From: Microcoleus sp.
Lineage (GTDB): Bacteria > Cyanobacteriota > Cyanobacteriia > Cyanobacteriales > Microcoleaceae
DNA: 64,000 nucleotides
Assembly: GCA_042408215.1 (NCBI GenBank)
Contig: JAYFMW010000030.1
Location: 480,001-544,000 of the forward strand
Direction of reading: 5' to 3'
Each line of letters begins with the position of its first letter. Positions within the stretch are counted from its first letter, which is position 1. Below are positions 60,732-64,000 of the stretch, in pieces. The translations under genes were made by a program, and so were the position numbers. Below the pieces are notes generated by a model, which worked only from the letters and a program-made list of their open reading frames with translations, ran no database searches and had not been told where the DNA came from.

Positions 60732-62768
60732 TTATTCAAAGCCGTTACCTGAGTCGAAATCGGTATAATCAAATACACCGGAGATTAAGAAATTATCGGT
60801 CATTTCATGGTAATTTTCGTCAGGGGCGGGTGGTGGGATAGAGGGAAAGCGATCGCCATAGTCAAATATAGCATAATCAAACACTCCAGTAGTTAATAAT
60901 TTCTCACTCATTTCGTGTCTAATGCCGTCGGGATAGGGAACTTTTAAGCCCAGAAGATTAAATTTTTCTTCGGCTATGTGAGTTTCCATAAAAGGCGATC
61001 GCACGACGGTTAACCTGATTTGTAAATCCTGGGTTTCTCGGAAAACTTTTTCATAATTAATCAGGGCCAAAACACCGGCACCTTTCACACGATCGATGAT
61101 ATTAGCAATTTGGTGTCGCGGATGGTCTGACGCTTCACCAAACTTATCAGAATATCCGGGAATATCCCAAGGAATTGTCACCTCAAACATCCCAGGATTA
61201 AGTTTGTAAATTCGCATCTCTAAATGGATGGCGACTTCAGCAAAACCTAGGGTACTGGAATCAAACTTTTGCCGATCGAATAAGCCGACAGGATAATCCC
61301 CGATAATTTGGGCTTCAAAGCGCCACCGAGAGTTACTGATTGGTAGTAATGGCGTGTTTTCTTGAGTGTGAAAAGGTTGTCCATTGACTAAGACGGTATT
61401 CCCTCGAAATAATAACTTATCACCGGATTTTATCCTGCCTTGGTAGCAGATAAAATTTCCCGTATCGAGATGAACTATTCGGGGATTATACAACCCTTCC
61501 ACAGGTAAAGTTGGTGGAACTTCTAAGAAAATTTCAATTTCCGATGGTTGGGGGTTGAGGCTGGCGGCGACAAACTCTTCAAACAACCTTAAAGGATAGT
61601 GATAGGCGATTATACCGAAGGAAGTATTCGGAGGACGTATCCAGGTTTTTTCCGGGTCAAATTCTTCGATCCGAATTTGCTTTTTGGCCGCTAAAGCAGC
61701 CTCTGAATCGCCTAAAATTCCCAAGTTAGCTGCGACTAAATCGAGAATCCCTTGACGAGTGGCTGCACCTTGCCGCAAAATCGCGATAATCCCTTTCAGT
61801 CTTTCCCGATAAGGGGCATAACTTTTTTCTAGTTCCCTGGGATAAGTGGCTTCTAACAGCAGGCGATTTTGTTTGATGCGATTGGTAGTATCTAGGGGAT
61901 CATTTTCGGGTTTGTAGGATTCTAAAAAGCGATTTAGTTCGGCAATTAAGGCTTGTTCAACTTCACCTTTTGATGGAATGTTGCTAGACTCAATATATTC
62001 GGGATAGGCTGCTTCTAATAGGAGTCGGTGCAGTCGCAGGCGATCGTCGTGATTAGTGGGCGCTGCTATGAGTTGTTTAACGCTTTCCAGCAGTAGTTGA
62101 CTCTGGAAATATGCCTTATTTTTGGCATAAAAATAGGGTTGGGTGAGTTGCTGGTTGAGTAGTGTTAAGAGTATTTCTTGTAGGGGTTGGGGTACGGATT
62201 CGCTACCGTCATATAGGCTTAAAAGTTGTTGGCTTTCAGAATTTAGTTGAGAGTGGAGATACTTACTGACAGGATGTTGGGCGACGAGAATTGAAATTGC
62301 TAATTGGGGTAGATTTTTAAAGGAATTTTGGTGAAAATTTGGCTGAGTTACTTGGTAGCGATCGAGTATTTGGTTAGTTTCGAGAGTCAGATTTTTGCGT
62401 AACTCCTGGGATACTATGTCGGTATTTGTTTGCAGTTTCGCGACGAAGCTATCAACATTTTTGATGGAACCGATGCTAAAGCGATCGCTAACCTGAATCA
62501 GTTGAGATGTACCACCCAAGGCTTCTAAATAGATGGTAAGTAATTTATCTAAATCGCCTTTTTGCTGACCAATAAAACCTTGAGAACCTTCATTAGTAGC
62601 GGTATCTACATGATGGGCGTGCATCACATCCAATAAGTCAGTTTCTGCTTGTTCGATGATGTAGCCAAAAACATCGATAAATTGATATAGCACACTTTCG
62701 ACATTTTGGGTGTCGTAAAAGTGGGGTAAGCGACTGGCGATGTTGAGGGTTTTACCGAGTTTTTCCAT
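60732..62768 (-). CDS. Baseplate wedge/tail protein of a contractile injection system
   Basis: 'RLPHFY...LYQFIDVFG', 'YRERLKG...GAATRQGI'; directly downstream of the baseplate J-like gene. Confidence 0.65.
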   Translation of the reverse strand: MEKLGKTLNIASRLPHFYDTQNVESVLYQFIDVFGYIIEQAETDLLDVMHAHHVDTATNEGSQGFIGQQKGDLDKLLTIYLEALGGTSQLIQVSDRFSIGSIKNVDSFVAKLQTNTDIVSQELRKNLTLETNQILDRYQVTQPNFHQNSFKNLPQLAISILVAQHPVSKYLHSQLNSESQQLLSLYDGSESVPQPLQEILLTLLNQQLTQPYFYAKNKAYFQSQLLLESVKQLIAAPTNHDDRLRLHRLLLEAAYPEYIESSNIPSKGEVEQALIAELNRFLESYKPENDPLDTTNRIKQNRLLLEATYPRELEKSYAPYRERLKGIIAILRQGAATRQGILDLVAANLGILGDSEAALAAKKQIRIEEFDPEKTWIRPPNTSFGIIAYHYPLRLFEEFVAASLNPQPSEIEIFLEVPPTLPVEGLYNPRIVHLDTGNFICYQGRIKSGDKLLFRGNTVLVNGQPFHTQENTPLLPISNSRWRFEAQIIGDYPVGLFDRQKFDSSTLGFAEVAIHLEMRIYKLNPGMFEVTIPWDIPGYSDKFGEASDHPRHQIANIIDRVKGAGVLALINYEKVFRETQDLQIRLTVVRSPFMETHIAEEKFNLLGLKVPYPDGIRHEMSEKLLTTGVFDYAIFDYGDRFPSIPPPAPDENYHEMTDNFLISGVFDYTDFDSGNGFE

Positions 62769-62773
62769 GACAA

Positions 62774-64000
62774 TTAACCTCCGGTAATTTCCACGATAAT
62801 TTGTAGGTTATCCCCGCTGAGATTGAGGGGTTCTAGTTGGGCGCGTTCGATAATCCGCATCGGGATATCCTGCTGGGTAAAAATGCTTTCCCGCGCCGTA
62901 AGTTCTAAAGTATCTAGGGTATAATCTGCCCCCCGCAGAAAAATTCGGGTAACATCAATGAGTTGTGCTTTGTTGTCACCGTCAGGAATCAAGGTTTGCA
63001 AGGTGGCTAGGGAAAGATTGTTAGCCCGATCGCGAATTAATGATAGCAAGTTAGTTCGCAATTGCTCGTAGTCGAGATTTTCGCCCAGATTCAAACTCGG
63101 CAACTGTTGGGTAAAACTGGGGGTAAACAGACTGGTTAAAGTCTCTTTCATGGCGGTTTTTAGCTGTTCTGGATTGATATTTTCCGGTGGTAATCCGGTG
63201 GTATTCAGTCTCAGTTTTAACTTGCTAATGGCGATCGGCACTACCTGGACATCACTATCGATCGCAAAATCAGTGGCCAACTGGGTTTTTTCAAATGGTT
63301 CCACCCGAATTTCTTTTTTCTGAACATCTAGGCGATCGCGAGCATTTTCTAAATCTAATACCTGAAAATCTCCTAATTTCCAATTGACATCAAGCACCGA
63401 TTCAACGTCAAGTGCCCGATTGACAAATTTTTCAATTTCGATATTTTCTTCCGGCTTTAGCTGTTCCAGATAATCGCTCAATTCTTGTCTGACTTTGGTT
63501 AATACTGTCTGTTTTTCCAAAGCAGTGATGGTAAGCGGCAATATCAGTTTAATCGCACCACTAATTCTCAGGAAATTAGAGAATATAAAAGTTTTTCCTA
63601 GCTTGCCTTTTTCAACAAAACTCACCTCTACTGTTTGGTCATCAAAACTCATTTTGGGATTCCATAAATGGGGATTCATCCACACTTCGACTTCGGCATT
63701 TAGTTGAGCTTTAATCGCACTGACACTAATACTTTCACCCACTAATAGACGCTGGAAATAGGTTTGCAGTGTTTCGAGGAAAGTATTGTGAGTTTCCTGG
63801 GTTAAACTTGTGGCTTTTACTTGCACATCTACAGTTAAAGATTTAATTTCCGAAGCAACGCGGATGGATTTAACAGTGAATTTTTCCAGAATATCTGCTT
63901 CCAATCGCTTCACAGTCTTCACAGTGGAAGCATAGGAATCGACTTCTGGTTTTTTCCCTACTTGGCGCGTCGTTTTCAGAGCAAAATCTAATAAATCGCT
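62774..64000 (-). CDS. Baseplate J-like protein, C-terminal part (runs off the window)
   Basis: Frame stays open from 64000; repeated 'L..Y...L..GE.I' units typical of baseplate J C-terminal domains. Confidence 0.6.
   Translation of the reverse strand, partial: SDLLDFALKTTRQVGKKPEVDSYASTVKTVKRLEADILEKFTVKSIRVASEIKSLTVDVQVKATSLTQETHNTFLETLQTYFQRLLVGESISVSAIKAQLNAEVEVWMNPHLWNPKMSFDDQTVEVSFVEKGKLGKTFIFSNFLRISGAIKLILPLTITALEKQTVLTKVRQELSDYLEQLKPEENIEIEKFVNRALDVESVLDVNWKLGDFQVLDLENARDRLDVQKKEIRVEPFEKTQLATDFAIDSDVQVVPIAISKLKLRLNTTGLPPENINPEQLKTAMKETLTSLFTPSFTQQLPSLNLGENLDYEQLRTNLLSLIRDRANNLSLATLQTLIPDGDNKAQLIDVTRIFLRGADYTLDTLELTARESIFTQQDIPMRIIERAQLEPLNLSGDNLQIIVEITGG

Larger units (their letters stand above)
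1..64000. repeat. HIP1 octamer (GCGATCGC) dispersed through the window
   Basis: Very frequent GCGATCGC and near-matches in genes and spacers; hallmark of cyanobacterial DNA. Confidence 0.95.

Overview
A 64-kb chromosomal window from a filamentous cyanobacterium, probably Microcoleus/Oscillatoriales-like. The attribution is inferred from dense HIP1 GCGATCGC sites, STRR heptamer arrays and cyanobacterial genes. Core genes include rph, adk, rimP-nusA-ylxR-infB, menG, a frameshifted raf1, an S1-domain protein, nblS/hik33, purD, purK followed by 6S RNA, rpmI-rplT and ycf37. Accessory parts are an HTH/NB-ARC/TPR (STAND) gene divergent from a small secreted Cys-loop peptide gene, with an 11-bp-period direct-repeat site between them; two intact TnpB elements (an IS607-type one in the rimP leader hairpin and an IS605-type one); two TnpB-less mini-elements that keep only IS ends and an omegaRNA-like segment; decayed glycosyltransferase genes; a wzc-wza/O-antigen-ligase block; a CheY-CheC-diguanylate cyclase operon; and the distal end of a contractile injection system (eCIS-like) locus with a remnant of a second tail-fibre gene. 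Many MITEs and REP-like hairpins are nested in one another. No rRNA, tRNA or CRISPR array was seen. The best candidate for an undescribed system is the peptide plus HTH-STAND-TPR pair at 1156-4183. All family assignments are from motif recognition, not database searches.
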